A stretch of DNA of 64,000 nucleotides from Alphaproteobacteria bacterium (GTDB taxonomy: Bacteria; Pseudomonadota; Alphaproteobacteria; CAAHEQ01; UBA3637). This document shows, piece after piece, positions 11,496 through 20,578 of the stretch. The translations under genes and the position numbers were made by a program. The notes beneath the pieces were generated by a model, which ran no database searches, was not told the origin of the DNA, and saw only the letters and a list, made by a program, of their open reading frames with translations. The stretch spans positions 117,262 through 181,261 of the forward strand of contig JAZKXR010000007.1 of the NCBI GenBank assembly GCA_045611705.1, read 5' to 3'. Within the stretch, counting starts at the first letter, position 1. Each line of letters starts with the position of its first letter.

Positions 11496-12041
11496 ATGCG
11501 TCACGGATTTAAAAAAAGAACATTAAATAAGAAAATTGCTCATCGTCGTGCAATGTTTGCAAACTTGGCAAACGCTTTGATTAAACACGAGCAAATTAAA
11601 ACAACTTTACCCAAGGCAAAAGAATTGAGCCCGATTTTTGAAAAATTGGTGACAAAAGCCGAAGACGGTACATTACATGCAAGACGCCAATTGTTGGCTT
11701 TCCTGCGTGAAGAAAAAATGGTTGAAAAGTTGATGACCGTTTTGGTGAAACGTTACGAAAAACGCAACGGTGGTTATGTGCGTGTCTTAAAAGCCGGTTT
11801 CCGCTATGGCGACAGCGCTCCTTTGGCGATTGTGGAATTGGTTGATCGTGATGTGAAGGCCAAAGGTCAAGACTCCGGTAAGATTGTTGAAGTTGAAACA
11901 GAAGAAAAAGTGGAAGAAAAGAAATCCGCTAAACCGGAATTGAAAACCAAAAAAGCTCACATTGAAAATGCTGGTAAAATTACCGGTGCCGGTGTGGCCA
12001 AAAAAACAACAGCAATTCGTAAAACAAACACAGGTGTGTAA
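11496..12041 (+). CDS. rplQ: 50S ribosomal protein L17 with a long Lys/Glu-rich C-terminal extension
   Basis: 181 aa with an L17 core at the N-terminus. Confidence 0.9.
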   Translation: MRHGFKKRTLNKKIAHRRAMFANLANALIKHEQIKTTLPKAKELSPIFEKLVTKAEDGTLHARRQLLAFLREEKMVEKLMTVLVKRYEKRNGGYVRVLKAGFRYGDSAPLAIVELVDRDVKAKGQDSGKIVEVETEEKVEEKKSAKPELKTKKAHIENAGKITGAGVAKKTTAIRKTNTGV

Positions 12042-12064
12042 TCCGAATTGTTTTGATTGAAGTT

Positions 12065-12093
12065 AAAATCCCCGATTTTTCGGGGATTTTTTT
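12065..12093 (+). terminator. Rho-independent terminator after rplQ
   Basis: ATCCCCGA-tttt-TCGGGGAT hairpin followed by a T6 run. Confidence 0.8.
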
Positions 12094-12173
12094 GTAAAAA
12101 GAGCTTGCAGTTTGATATAAAATGCAGTAAACTTAGGTTGCAAGGTGTTTAATGTGATGCCATCTTGTGGGAC

Positions 12174-12300
12174 TTAGAACTCCCAAAATTAGACAGCCGA
12201 ATTGTTTCGGTTTTGATATGCCAGCCTTATGGCTGGATGACGGCAGAATAAGGCCGTCGGCTGAATATGCCGTACTATTTTGTCTAATTATAGGTTCTAA
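12174..12300. repeat. 127-bp element bounded by imperfect 22-bp inverted repeats (TTAGAAC..AATTAGACA) with several internal hairpins
   Basis: The left arm is at 12174-12196. The right arm at 12279-12300 is its reverse complement with a diverged centre. Internal hairpins lie at 12197-12210, 12220-12236 and 12239-12261. Confidence 0.5.
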
Positions 12301-12347
12301 CGTCCAGTCGCTTTCGCATCACAGCGATTTTAAACAAAGGACGAAAA

Positions 12348-12938
12348 ATGACAATAAAAGAAAAAATGGCGTGGAGAACCTTAGATGACAGGCAGATGGG
12401 AGAAGCGCTTGCTCATGCTTACAGAACAACAGTAGGCTTTTGTCGCTCACAAGTGAATGATAAAAATAAAAAAGAATGGCAGGATTCCTGTCATGAATTC
12501 TTGGAACACGCAGAATCATTATGTGATGTTGCTGATGAAAGGAGCGTAGCGGGGGGTGGAGATAGAATGGCCAAAAGGAAGGAATTTGAGATGGCAAAAG
12601 GTTTAGATTTTCATGGTTCAAAGGATTTAATGTATTTAGAACAAAGAATTATGGAAATCAGTTCTTCTTGGCCACATCATTCATTACAAGAAGAAATAAA
12701 AAAATGTACTCAATGGCGTGATGGAAAATCTGCTCAAATAATGGAAAATGTTTTTGAAACTCCTTTTGAAAATGTGTCGGTATATCCTACTGATATTTAT
12801 GGAAAGGGGGTGGCTGATGCATTTTTGCCATATCCAAATGAAGCCAATACAGTTTTAAATTATGGAAGGACTCAAAAAGAAGAGGACGCAGATTTTAAAG
12901 CAGCACAAGCCCGTATGGCCAAACTTAAAGTCAGATAA
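12348..12938 (+). CDS. Hypothetical protein (196 aa) with no recognisable motif
   Basis: ORF with a GGACGAAAAATG ribosome-binding site. It is convergent with the DUF4381 gene. Confidence 0.5.
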   Translation: MTIKEKMAWRTLDDRQMGEALAHAYRTTVGFCRSQVNDKNKKEWQDSCHEFLEHAESLCDVADERSVAGGGDRMAKRKEFEMAKGLDFHGSKDLMYLEQRIMEISSSWPHHSLQEEIKKCTQWRDGKSAQIMENVFETPFENVSVYPTDIYGKGVADAFLPYPNEANTVLNYGRTQKEEDADFKAAQARMAKLKVR

Positions 12939-12964
12939 GAAAAGAGATGCTTATTTTGCATCCC

Positions 12965-13417
12965 TTATTTTTTCAAAACTTTTTCAATCCATTTTTGGCA
13001 GGATAAAAAGAGTTTTTTATCTGGTGTTTTAGGATTTGGATTGTAAATCGCATAGGCCAGTTGCTTTGCTTGTTCTTTTGATAAAATTTGTGGTGCAGAA
13101 GCCAACAAAAATTCTTGCCATTCATCTTCATGCAATGGGGCAATGGCATCACGCCCGTGTTTGGCCATCGCCACACGTTTTAATAATTGGGAAAGCAGTT
13201 TTAGGCTGTCTTTTTTGTTTTCCTGTTTGATCTTCTTAAGTTCTTTCAATGCATAGGGCAGAGGTCTGTTTTGATATATTTTCCATGTAATTACGCTCAC
13301 AGTTATCAGGAATAAAATTGTAAAAAATAAGACGTACCATCCTTTTGCCAAAGGCCAAAAATTAGGTTGAATGGGTAATCTGATGTCTTTTAGTCCTGAT
13401 AAATCAATTTGATTCAT
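12965..13417 (-). CDS. DUF4381-like small membrane protein, the third gene of the MoxR operon. Its ATG overlaps the DUF58 stop
   Basis: N-terminal TM segment and the typical position after DUF58. The start is taken at MNQIDLSG. Confidence 0.6.
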   Translation of the reverse strand: MNQIDLSGLKDIRLPIQPNFWPLAKGWYVLFFTILFLITVSVITWKIYQNRPLPYALKELKKIKQENKKDSLKLLSQLLKRVAMAKHGRDAIAPLHEDEWQEFLLASAPQILSKEQAKQLAYAIYNPNPKTPDKKLFLSCQKWIEKVLKK

Positions 13418-14304
13418 GACAAATCCCCCAAGCAAAAACGTTGAAATTGAGCCAAGTAATCCGAATCAGTTGACAAAGATAAATAGCCCCAATGGTATTT
13501 TTTTACCTGTTGCCGTAGCAAATCAGTTTTATGCGACCACGATTGAGTAAAACTTTTTTGGAAGGATTTAGATTGGGTGTCTATTAAAATTTGCTTTTGC
13601 CCATTGGAAAAGGGCAAAATGCCCTTTGGAAGTTGAACTTCCATATTGTCATATAGATGGATTAAGTTTATGGTATTTTTATGGGACAGTTCCCCCAAAA
13701 AACGAAAATCATCGGCTGTGATATCGTGGAAATCACTGATTAAAAAGATGATAGCACCAGGGCGAACATTTTGTTCCATAAAGGGTATTATTTGATTAAA
13801 GGCAACATCTGATCTTTGTGTGTTTTCTTGGGTCAGTTGATTTAAAAAATACGGCAAGCTATCTCGAGCTGGTAGATTTGCTAATGATTGAATTATTTTA
13901 TATGATAAAATCTGATAGGAAAGACTGTCGTTTTTTTGTTCGGCCAAAAAACCGATGAATGCCGAAAGGCGAGCTGCCATGACAGATTTAAAATGTCCGT
14001 GGGATGCAAATTGCATATTGGGGCGTAAATCGCACAAGATATAGATTTGTTTTTCTTTTTCTTCAGTATAAAGTTTTGTGAAAGGTTTGCCGTATTTTGC
14101 AGTTATCCGCCAATCAATTTGACGAATATCATCTCCGGGTTGGTATTGGCGAACTTCTTCAAAATTTAAGCCTCTGGATTTAAACAAAGACTTATTTTGA
14201 CCAAAACCGATGGTTGTGTTTTTATGGGATGGAAAACCCAAAAAATCAGTCTTTGATTTTAAGGATATTAAATCGGCCAATTCTGGTTGAATAGGATTCG
14301 TCAT
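13414..14304 (-). CDS. DUF58 protein, MoxR-associated
   Basis: 296 aa with a DDIRQIDWRITAKYGKPFTKLYTEE signature. It lies directly downstream of the MoxR ATPase. Confidence 0.8.
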   Translation of the reverse strand: MTNPIQPELADLISLKSKTDFLGFPSHKNTTIGFGQNKSLFKSRGLNFEEVRQYQPGDDIRQIDWRITAKYGKPFTKLYTEEKEKQIYILCDLRPNMQFASHGHFKSVMAARLSAFIGFLAEQKNDSLSYQILSYKIIQSLANLPARDSLPYFLNQLTQENTQRSDVAFNQIIPFMEQNVRPGAIIFLISDFHDITADDFRFLGELSHKNTINLIHLYDNMEVQLPKGILPFSNGQKQILIDTQSKSFQKSFTQSWSHKTDLLRQQVKKYHWGYLSLSTDSDYLAQFQRFCLGDLS

Positions 14305-14313
14305 ACCTTTTTC

Positions 14314-15276
14314 CTATGGCAAAGGAACACAGGCCATCAATTTATCTAAAATCATATCAGCAGTAATATGTTCTGATTTGGCCTCAAAAGACAAGGTAAT
14401 ACGGTGTCGTAAAACATCGTGAATTAAAGAGGTAATATCCGATGCCATCACATATTCATGTCCGTTCAGCCAAGCATTGGCACGTGCACAAACATCCAAA
14501 GCTATGGTGCCGCGTGGGCTGGCCCCAAAGCGAATCAGTTGGGCAATTCCAGGATCATAGGCAGAAGCATCTCGGGTGGCCATAACAAATTGAATGATGT
14601 ATTCTTCCAATTCAGGCGCCATAGGCACGTTTAAAATTTCCTGGCGGGCAGCCATAATGGTTTTTTCCGAAATTTTGGGGAAAGACGGTGGATTTTCTTT
14701 TTTTTCTTCCCGTTGTACAATTTTTAAAATTTGTCGTTCTGCTTCAATGCTAGGGTAGGTGATGGTTACATACATCAAAAAACGATCCAATTGTGCTTCC
14801 GGTAAGCGATAAGTTCCTTCATTTTCTATTGGATTTTGTGTGGCCATCACGGTAAATAAAGCGGGTAGTTGATAGGTTGAATTGCCAACGGTTACCTGGC
14901 GTTCGCCCATGGCCTCCAACAAGGCGGATTGAACTTTAGCCGGTGCACGATTGATTTCATCGGCCAAAATCAGATTGTGAAAGATAGGTCCTTTTTGAAA
15001 ATAAAAGGATGCTGTTTCCGGTTTAAAAACATCGCTGCCAGTAATATCGGCCGGCAATAAATCAGGTGTGAATTGAATGCGGTGAGCTAAGGCATCTATG
15101 GCATTTGAAAGCGTTTTAATTACTTTTGTTTTTGCTAATCCCGGAGCCCCTTCAACCAACAGGTGTCCGTCAGATAATAGGGCGATTAATAATCTGTCTA
15201 TCAGTTTTGGTTGACCGATAATTTGATTGTTTATATATTCTTTTAAACCTTGAAAGGCTTCTTGATTGGGTGTCAT
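14314..15276 (-). CDS. MoxR-family AAA+ ATPase. The ORF-track N-terminal extension is removed and the start is at MTPNQ
   Basis: Walker A GAPGLAKT, Walker B DEINRA, and a GGAG ribosome-binding site before MTPNQ. Confidence 0.85.
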   Translation of the reverse strand: MTPNQEAFQGLKEYINNQIIGQPKLIDRLLIALLSDGHLLVEGAPGLAKTKVIKTLSNAIDALAHRIQFTPDLLPADITGSDVFKPETASFYFQKGPIFHNLILADEINRAPAKVQSALLEAMGERQVTVGNSTYQLPALFTVMATQNPIENEGTYRLPEAQLDRFLMYVTITYPSIEAERQILKIVQREEKKENPPSFPKISEKTIMAARQEILNVPMAPELEEYIIQFVMATRDASAYDPGIAQLIRFGASPRGTIALDVCARANAWLNGHEYVMASDITSLIHDVLRHRITLSFEAKSEHITADMILDKLMACVPLP

Positions 15277-15391
15277 TTTTGTCTCCTTAATCTTTATTTT
15301 TTTAATATAAAATTTTTTTTTATAAAATGCAATCACGTTTTTGTTGACTTTTTAAAAAAAATGGATAATTTTTATAAACACAGGAGTTTAC

Positions 15392-16162
15392 ATGTTTTCT
15401 TTATTTATTTTATCTTTTATTCAAAGTGTGACGGAATTTTTGCCAGTCAGCTCGTCTGGACATCTTTATTTGCTTCAATTTTTTGGGATATCTGAACAGG
15501 GGATAGGGATGGATGTTTTGTTACATTTAGGGACTCTATTGGCTGTTGTTTGTTATTTTTGGTCAGATATCCGTTCTCTTTTGATATCATTATTACCCAA
15601 ACAAGATAAGCACCTTTTGATCAATTTGATTGTCGCCACAATGCCTGTGATGTTGGTTGGATTACTCTTTTTTAATCTCTTAAATCAAATACGTTTGCCG
15701 ATGTTTGTGGCGCTAAACAGTATTTTTTGGGGTTGTGTTTTATGGTTGGTTGATAAGTATGCACCCAAGAAAAAGAATTTAAAACAATTGAGTATGGGAG
15801 GGGCTTTTTGTATCGGATGTGCTCAGATTTTATCTTTGGTTCCGGGGACCAGTCGTTCTGGGATTACCATTACTTGTGCCCGTATTTTGGGGCTTAGTCG
15901 GGTTGAAAGTACGCGTTTTTCTATGCTTTTGTCAATCCCAACGATTTCGGCCGCTGTTGCCTATGTCGTTTATCAGGGGGTTTCGGGCAATATTGAAATG
16001 CCGACGGCATCTATGGGAATAGGTGCCATTTTAATGACAATGATAATGGGATTGATGGCGATATACTTTTTAATGCATTGGGTTAAAAAAAGCAGTTTTG
16101 GTATTTTTGCCCTTTACCGTATTTTATTGGGGCTGTTCATTTTGATTTATATGATGCTTTAA
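15392..16162 (+). CDS. uppP: Undecaprenyl-diphosphatase (BacA/UppP)
   Basis: 256 aa with an LPVSSSGHL motif and 8 TM segments. Confidence 0.9.
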   Translation: MFSLFILSFIQSVTEFLPVSSSGHLYLLQFFGISEQGIGMDVLLHLGTLLAVVCYFWSDIRSLLISLLPKQDKHLLINLIVATMPVMLVGLLFFNLLNQIRLPMFVALNSIFWGCVLWLVDKYAPKKKNLKQLSMGGAFCIGCAQILSLVPGTSRSGITITCARILGLSRVESTRFSMLLSIPTISAAVAYVVYQGVSGNIEMPTASMGIGAILMTMIMGLMAIYFLMHWVKKSSFGIFALYRILLGLFILIYMML

Positions 16163-16339
16163 AACAAAGACACGTATAGTGCTGGCTAAATTATTTGTTC
16201 GGTTATTATCCAATTGAATCAATAATTGGCGTAAAGAAGTATTCTTTTGCTCAGCAATTTTTTTTAATTCAAACCAAAATTCATCTTCAATGGCGATGCT
16301 GGTTCGGTGGCCGGATAATTCAACGGAATGTTTTTTCAT
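16124..16339 (-). CDS. Ribbon-helix-helix domain protein (alphaproteobacterial family often mislabelled aryl-sulfate sulfotransferase)
   Basis: 71 aa with a SIAIEDEFWFELKKIAEQKNTSLRQLL motif. Confidence 0.6.
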   Translation of the reverse strand: MKKHSVELSGHRTSIAIEDEFWFELKKIAEQKNTSLRQLLIQLDNNRTNNLASTIRVFVLKHHINQNEQPQ

Positions 16340-16341
16340 GT

Positions 16342-16752
16342 TTATTTCCTAAGGCTTGCCAAATCAATGACTTCTGCGGATTTTTCCTGTTCTTTTAGTT
16401 TGGGCGTTTCAACCGGCGTTGGGGTAAAGGTTAGTCCGAATTTTTGGCTGGGGTCGGCAAAATCCAATAAAGCATCAAAGGGAACACGTATTTCGCATGG
16501 AACACCGCCAAAGCCCAAAACGACCGTAAAATCATTTTGATTGACCTGTAAATCCTGAAATTGATTTTGTAAAATAATAGTCATTTGTTCGGGGTATTTA
16601 GCCCGCACGAAATCCGGAATTTTGCTTTTTGAGGTTTGAAAGCTTAAAACATAATACGATTCGTCCGTTAAACCGTTTTTGGAAACATCCGTTAAAACTT
16701 CACGAACGATTGATTTTAAAGCCCGTTGCAGGTATGGATTATAATCTTTCAT
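16342..16752 (-). CDS. sspB: ClpXP adaptor SspB-like protein
   Basis: 136 aa with an SspB-like core (…VLGFGGVPCEIRVPFDALLDF…). Confidence 0.65.
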   Translation of the reverse strand: MKDYNPYLQRALKSIVREVLTDVSKNGLTDESYYVLSFQTSKSKIPDFVRAKYPEQMTIILQNQFQDLQVNQNDFTVVLGFGGVPCEIRVPFDALLDFADPSQKFGLTFTPTPVETPKLKEQEKSAEVIDLASLRK

Positions 16753-18209
16753 TAAGCATCCTTTTCCAAATCTGTAAAGCGACCGAATTCGCCGTTAAAG
16801 TATAATTTGACGGTACCGACCGGTCCATGGCGTTGTTTGGCGATAATAGCTTCGGCCTGATTGGCTAATTCCACCTTCTTTTGTTCCAATTCGGCACAAC
16901 GCAAAGCAAATTTTTCGGGCGTTTCATTGATACGTCTTTGCGGTTGTTCGTTTTGTAAATAGTAAATTTCACGATACACAAACATCACGATATCGGCATC
17001 CTGTTCAATTGATCCTGATTCACGCAAGTCAGAAAGCAAGGGGCGTTTGTTATCACGTTGTTCCACCAAACGGGACAATTGGGACAAAACAATGACAGGA
17101 ACATTCAAATCTTTGGCCATAATTTTTAAAGCACGAGTCATTTCGGACAATTCCTGAACACGATTTTCGCTTCTTTTATTGGAATTGATTAATTGTAAAT
17201 AGTCAATAACGATTAATCCCAATCCTTTGGATGAATCTCGTTTTAAACGGCGGGCACGATTTTTGATGGCGGTAATGGTCATACCGGGAGTTTCATCCAC
17301 ATACAAGGGCACGCGAGACAGCAAGTCAACACCTGCAGCCAATTCATCAAATTGATCATTCGTCAATTTACCCGTTCGCATTAAGTGGGCAGAAACACCC
17401 GCCTTAGAAGCCAGAATACGACCAGCCAACTGTTCAGCCGACATTTCCAAGCTGAAAAATGCAACGGATTTTTTAACGGCATCTGGTTTTTTGTTTTCTT
17501 CTTCAAAGCGTTGTGCTGCATTAAAAGCAATGGTGGTAGCTAAAGCAGATTTACCCATAGCGGGACGTCCAGCCAAGATGATTAAATCCGAATCGTATAA
17601 ACCGCCCAATAGCTTGTCCAAATCAACTAATCCGGTTGGTGTGCCGCCAACACCGGTTGGGTTGTTCATGGCCGTTTGTGTGGATTCCAAGGTTTTTCTT
17701 AAAGCCAAAGATAAAATTTCAGGTCCACCAGACTTTTCACCTTCATTAGCTAAATCATAAAGTTGTTTTTCGGCTAATTCAACTTGCTTGATGGCATCTT
17801 CATCTTGTGTCGTATCAAAGGCGTTGTTGACGACATTTGTGCCCACTTCAATCAATTGACGTCTGAGATAAGCGTCAAAGATAGTGCGTCCGTAATCGGC
17901 CACATTAACGATTCGTGTGCTGGCCCCGGCCAATTTGGCCAAATATTCAATACCACCGATTTCCTTTATGTTTTCGTCATGGATAAACAAAGGCTTTAAA
18001 GTAACCGTATCGGCAATGCGTCCTTGGTCAATCATATTACGACAGGTGTCGTATATCTTGGCATGGACGGGATGGACGAAATGTTCCGGTTTTAAAAACT
18101 CGGATACCTTTTCCAAAGCCTTATTGTTAACCAAAATAGCACCTAAAACAGCTTGTTCAGCTTCAATATTTTGCGGGGGAATACGGGTAGTGTTTTGTTG
18201 AATATCCAT
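16752..18209 (-). CDS. dnaB: Replicative DNA helicase DnaB, with no intein
   Basis: 485 aa with Walker A GRPAMGKS, an arginine finger and a typical N-terminal domain. Confidence 0.95.
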   Translation of the reverse strand: MDIQQNTTRIPPQNIEAEQAVLGAILVNNKALEKVSEFLKPEHFVHPVHAKIYDTCRNMIDQGRIADTVTLKPLFIHDENIKEIGGIEYLAKLAGASTRIVNVADYGRTIFDAYLRRQLIEVGTNVVNNAFDTTQDEDAIKQVELAEKQLYDLANEGEKSGGPEILSLALRKTLESTQTAMNNPTGVGGTPTGLVDLDKLLGGLYDSDLIILAGRPAMGKSALATTIAFNAAQRFEEENKKPDAVKKSVAFFSLEMSAEQLAGRILASKAGVSAHLMRTGKLTNDQFDELAAGVDLLSRVPLYVDETPGMTITAIKNRARRLKRDSSKGLGLIVIDYLQLINSNKRSENRVQELSEMTRALKIMAKDLNVPVIVLSQLSRLVEQRDNKRPLLSDLRESGSIEQDADIVMFVYREIYYLQNEQPQRRINETPEKFALRCAELEQKKVELANQAEAIIAKQRHGPVGTVKLYFNGEFGRFTDLEKDA

Positions 18210-18310
18210 TTGAAAGCCTCTATAAAATAGTTATTGGCTTTTTTATACACTTATTTTATGAAAAAATCAATCTTTTTTGTTTGCATTTTTATTCTTTTTT
18301 GTGTAGGATG

Positions 18311-18325
18311 GAACGAAAGGAGAAC
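18311..18325 (+). promoter_or_regulatory. Possible alphaproteobacterial LexA box (GAAC-N7-GAAC) overlapping the ruvA ribosome-binding site
   Basis: GAACgaaaggaGAAC at 18311-18325, 5 nt upstream of the ruvA ATG. It may only reflect the GGAG ribosome-binding site. Confidence 0.25.
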
Positions 18326-18329
18326 TTTC

Positions 18330-18950
18330 ATGATTGGAAAATTGACAGGTATAGTGGATTCTGTTTATGACGGATATTTGATTTTAGATGTGGCAGGGGT
18401 TGGTTATCGTGTTTTTTGTTCAGGTAAGACACTGGCAAAAATGCCTGCGACAGGTGGTACGGCTGGTTTGTTGATTGAAACTCAGGTGCGTGAAGACCAT
18501 ATCCATCTGATGGGATTTTCGGATGCAACGGAAAAACAGGCCTATACTTTATTGAGTACTGTCCAAGGGGTTGGCAGTAAGGTAGCACTGGCAATTTTAT
18601 CAGCTCTTTCGCCAAATGAAATTCAAATGGCGGTCATGACGGGGGATGGTAAGGCTTTTACCCGTGCCAGTGGCGTGGGGCCAAAATTGGGGAGTCGTAT
18701 CGTCAGCGAGTTAAAAGGTAAAATGGGTGCGCTGGGTTCAAATGAAACGATGATTGTATCTTCGGCTTCTGGGGCGACGCTTCAACATAATTCGTTCATG
18801 GATGATGCGATATCGGCTTTATCCAATTTGGGCTATGCCAGAATTGAAGCAGGTATGGTGGTTGCCAATGTATTGCGTCAAAATCCGGATGCGAATACCT
18901 CAGAATTGATTCGTTTATCTTTAAAGGAAATAGGAAAGGGGAGTCTATGA
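18330..18950 (+). CDS. ruvA: Holliday junction helicase subunit RuvA. The ORF-track 5' extension is removed
   Basis: MIGKLTGIVD start with an AAGGAGA ribosome-binding site and a RuvA domain order. Confidence 0.9.
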   Translation: MIGKLTGIVDSVYDGYLILDVAGVGYRVFCSGKTLAKMPATGGTAGLLIETQVREDHIHLMGFSDATEKQAYTLLSTVQGVGSKVALAILSALSPNEIQMAVMTGDGKAFTRASGVGPKLGSRIVSELKGKMGALGSNETMIVSSASGATLQHNSFMDDAISALSNLGYARIEAGMVVANVLRQNPDANTSELIRLSLKEIGKGSL

Positions 18951-19522
18951 AAAAGATAATTTTAATGGTTTTGTGTTTGTTGTGTTCTGTTTCGTCTTTT
19001 GCACGTGTTGTTGTGTTGGATGAGAAAAATTCCAAGAAAAATGAACTTTATGTTGATGAACACGGACTCTATCGTTATAAAAGGGGCGAAGATATTTATA
19101 AGTGGGAATGTATGGATATTTACCAAAAAGAGGCCAAAAAGAAGTGTATGGAGGCACGCAAATTAGCTTTGGATGAGTTGCGTTCAAAGGCTGAAAATCA
19201 ACAAGATGATACTCTTTTTACTGGAAAAATTCAAATTCGTCCACGCAAGGGGGAGGATACCTATTATTATGTGGAAGATGGCGTTAGAGAAAAAGAAATA
19301 AATGTTTTACGCAAGCAGTATTATTTTGAAAAAAATACCGCAGGTAAATATGTTTTATTTGATTTAACGACAGAAGAACCCTATACAGGGGATATGACAT
19401 TGGGGTCTGTGGTTGGACTTTCACCGATTGTAGGTCATGAATCACGGTTTTTGATTACTCAAAAATACGCCAATGGTTTACCCGATGGTAATCCGATTGC
19501 CCAATCTTTAAGTGAATTGTAA
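18947..19522 (+). CDS. Secreted or lipoprotein-like hypothetical protein inserted between ruvA and ruvB
   Basis: 191 aa with signal peptide MKKIILMVLCLLCSVSSFA. Its ATGA start overlaps the ruvA stop. Confidence 0.6.
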   Translation: MKKIILMVLCLLCSVSSFARVVVLDEKNSKKNELYVDEHGLYRYKRGEDIYKWECMDIYQKEAKKKCMEARKLALDELRSKAENQQDDTLFTGKIQIRPRKGEDTYYYVEDGVREKEINVLRKQYYFEKNTAGKYVLFDLTTEEPYTGDMTLGSVVGLSPIVGHESRFLITQKYANGLPDGNPIAQSLSEL

Positions 19523-19531
19523 GGAAGAAAA

Positions 19532-20575
19532 ATGGTAGAAAACAGAATTATTGCACCACAAAAACAACAGGGGGATGAGGAAGTTTTTAAAAGTATGCGC
19601 CCACAAAGTTTGGATGACTTTGTCGGACAAAAACAACTTTGTCAAAATTTGCGTGTTTTTGTAAATGCGGCCAGGGATAGAAAAGAGGCCATGGACCACG
19701 TTTTGTTGTTTGGTCCGCCGGGGTTGGGTAAAACGACATTGGCACAAATTGTGGCCAAAGAATTGGGGGTGAATTTCAGACCCACTTCAGGTCCTATGAT
19801 TTCAAAATCGGGTGATTTGGCCGCCATTTTGACCAATTTGGAGCCAAGGGATGTTTTGTTTATTGATGAAATTCATCGTTTGAATCCTGCGGTTGAAGAA
19901 GTGCTTTATTCGGCTATGGAAGATTTTCAGTTGGATATCGTTATTGGGGAAGGGCCGGCGGCTCGTTCGGTTCGGATTGATTTGCCTCCGTTTACCTTAA
20001 TCGGTGCGACAACGCGTTCAGGATTGTTATCAACGCCGCTTCGTGACAGATTTGGTATTCCGATGCATTTAAATTTTTATGATACGGATGATTTGGAAAA
20101 AATTGTTCAACGCAATGCCCGTTTGTTGAATTTGGATATAACCCAGGAAGGCGCCCATGAGATTGCCAAGCGTTCACGTGGAACACCTCGTATTACGGGC
20201 AGATTATTGCGTCGGGTACGTGATTTTGCCGGTAAAAAGACCGTAGATGCTTCTTTGGCGGATTTGGCTTTAAATCGTTTAGAGGTGGATAAGTCCGGTT
20301 TGGATTCTATGGATAGACGCTATTTATGCTGTATTGCCGAAAAATATGCCGGCGGTCCCGTTGGGGCGGATACTTTATCGGCCGCTTTATCGGAAGAGAG
20401 GGATACTTTGGAAGAAGTGATTGAACCTTATTTAATGCAGTTGGGCTTGGTAATGCGTACCCCCCGTGGGCGTGTTTTATCACCCGCCGGTTATAAACAC
20501 CTGGGATTGAAAACACCATTAAATATGATACAACCTGATTTATTGGATGATATGGATAAAATTTTAAAGGATTAA
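19532..20575 (+). CDS. ruvB: Holliday junction helicase subunit RuvB
   Basis: 347 aa with Walker [10 protein letters not shown] and the DEIHRL motif. Confidence 0.95.
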   Translation: MVENRIIAPQKQQGDEEVFKSMRPQSLDDFVGQKQLCQNLRVFVNAARDRKEAMDHVLLFGPPGLGKTTLAQIVAKELGVNFRPTSGPMISKSGDLAAILTNLEPRDVLFIDEIHRLNPAVEEVLYSAMEDFQLDIVIGEGPAARSVRIDLPPFTLIGATTRSGLLSTPLRDRFGIPMHLNFYDTDDLEKIVQRNARLLNLDITQEGAHEIAKRSRGTPRITGRLLRRVRDFAGKKTVDASLADLALNRLEVDKSGLDSMDRRYLCCIAEKYAGGPVGADTLSAALSEERDTLEEVIEPYLMQLGLVMRTPRGRVLSPAGYKHLGLKTPLNMIQPDLLDDMDKILKD

Positions 20576-20578
20576 ACG

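Noticed and set aside
15277-15336. N-terminal ORF-track extensions of MoxR (MIAFYKKKFYIKK…), ruvA (18234-18329), mrdA (54563-54652) and the VirB8-like gene (45142-45384)
   Set aside because: The extensions are AT-rich, lack ribosome-binding sites and overlap neighbouring genes or promoters. Internal starts with good ribosome-binding sites match the conserved N-termini.
16752-18209. Possible intein in dnaB
   Set aside because: DnaB is 485 aa with contiguous Walker motifs. There is no insertion.
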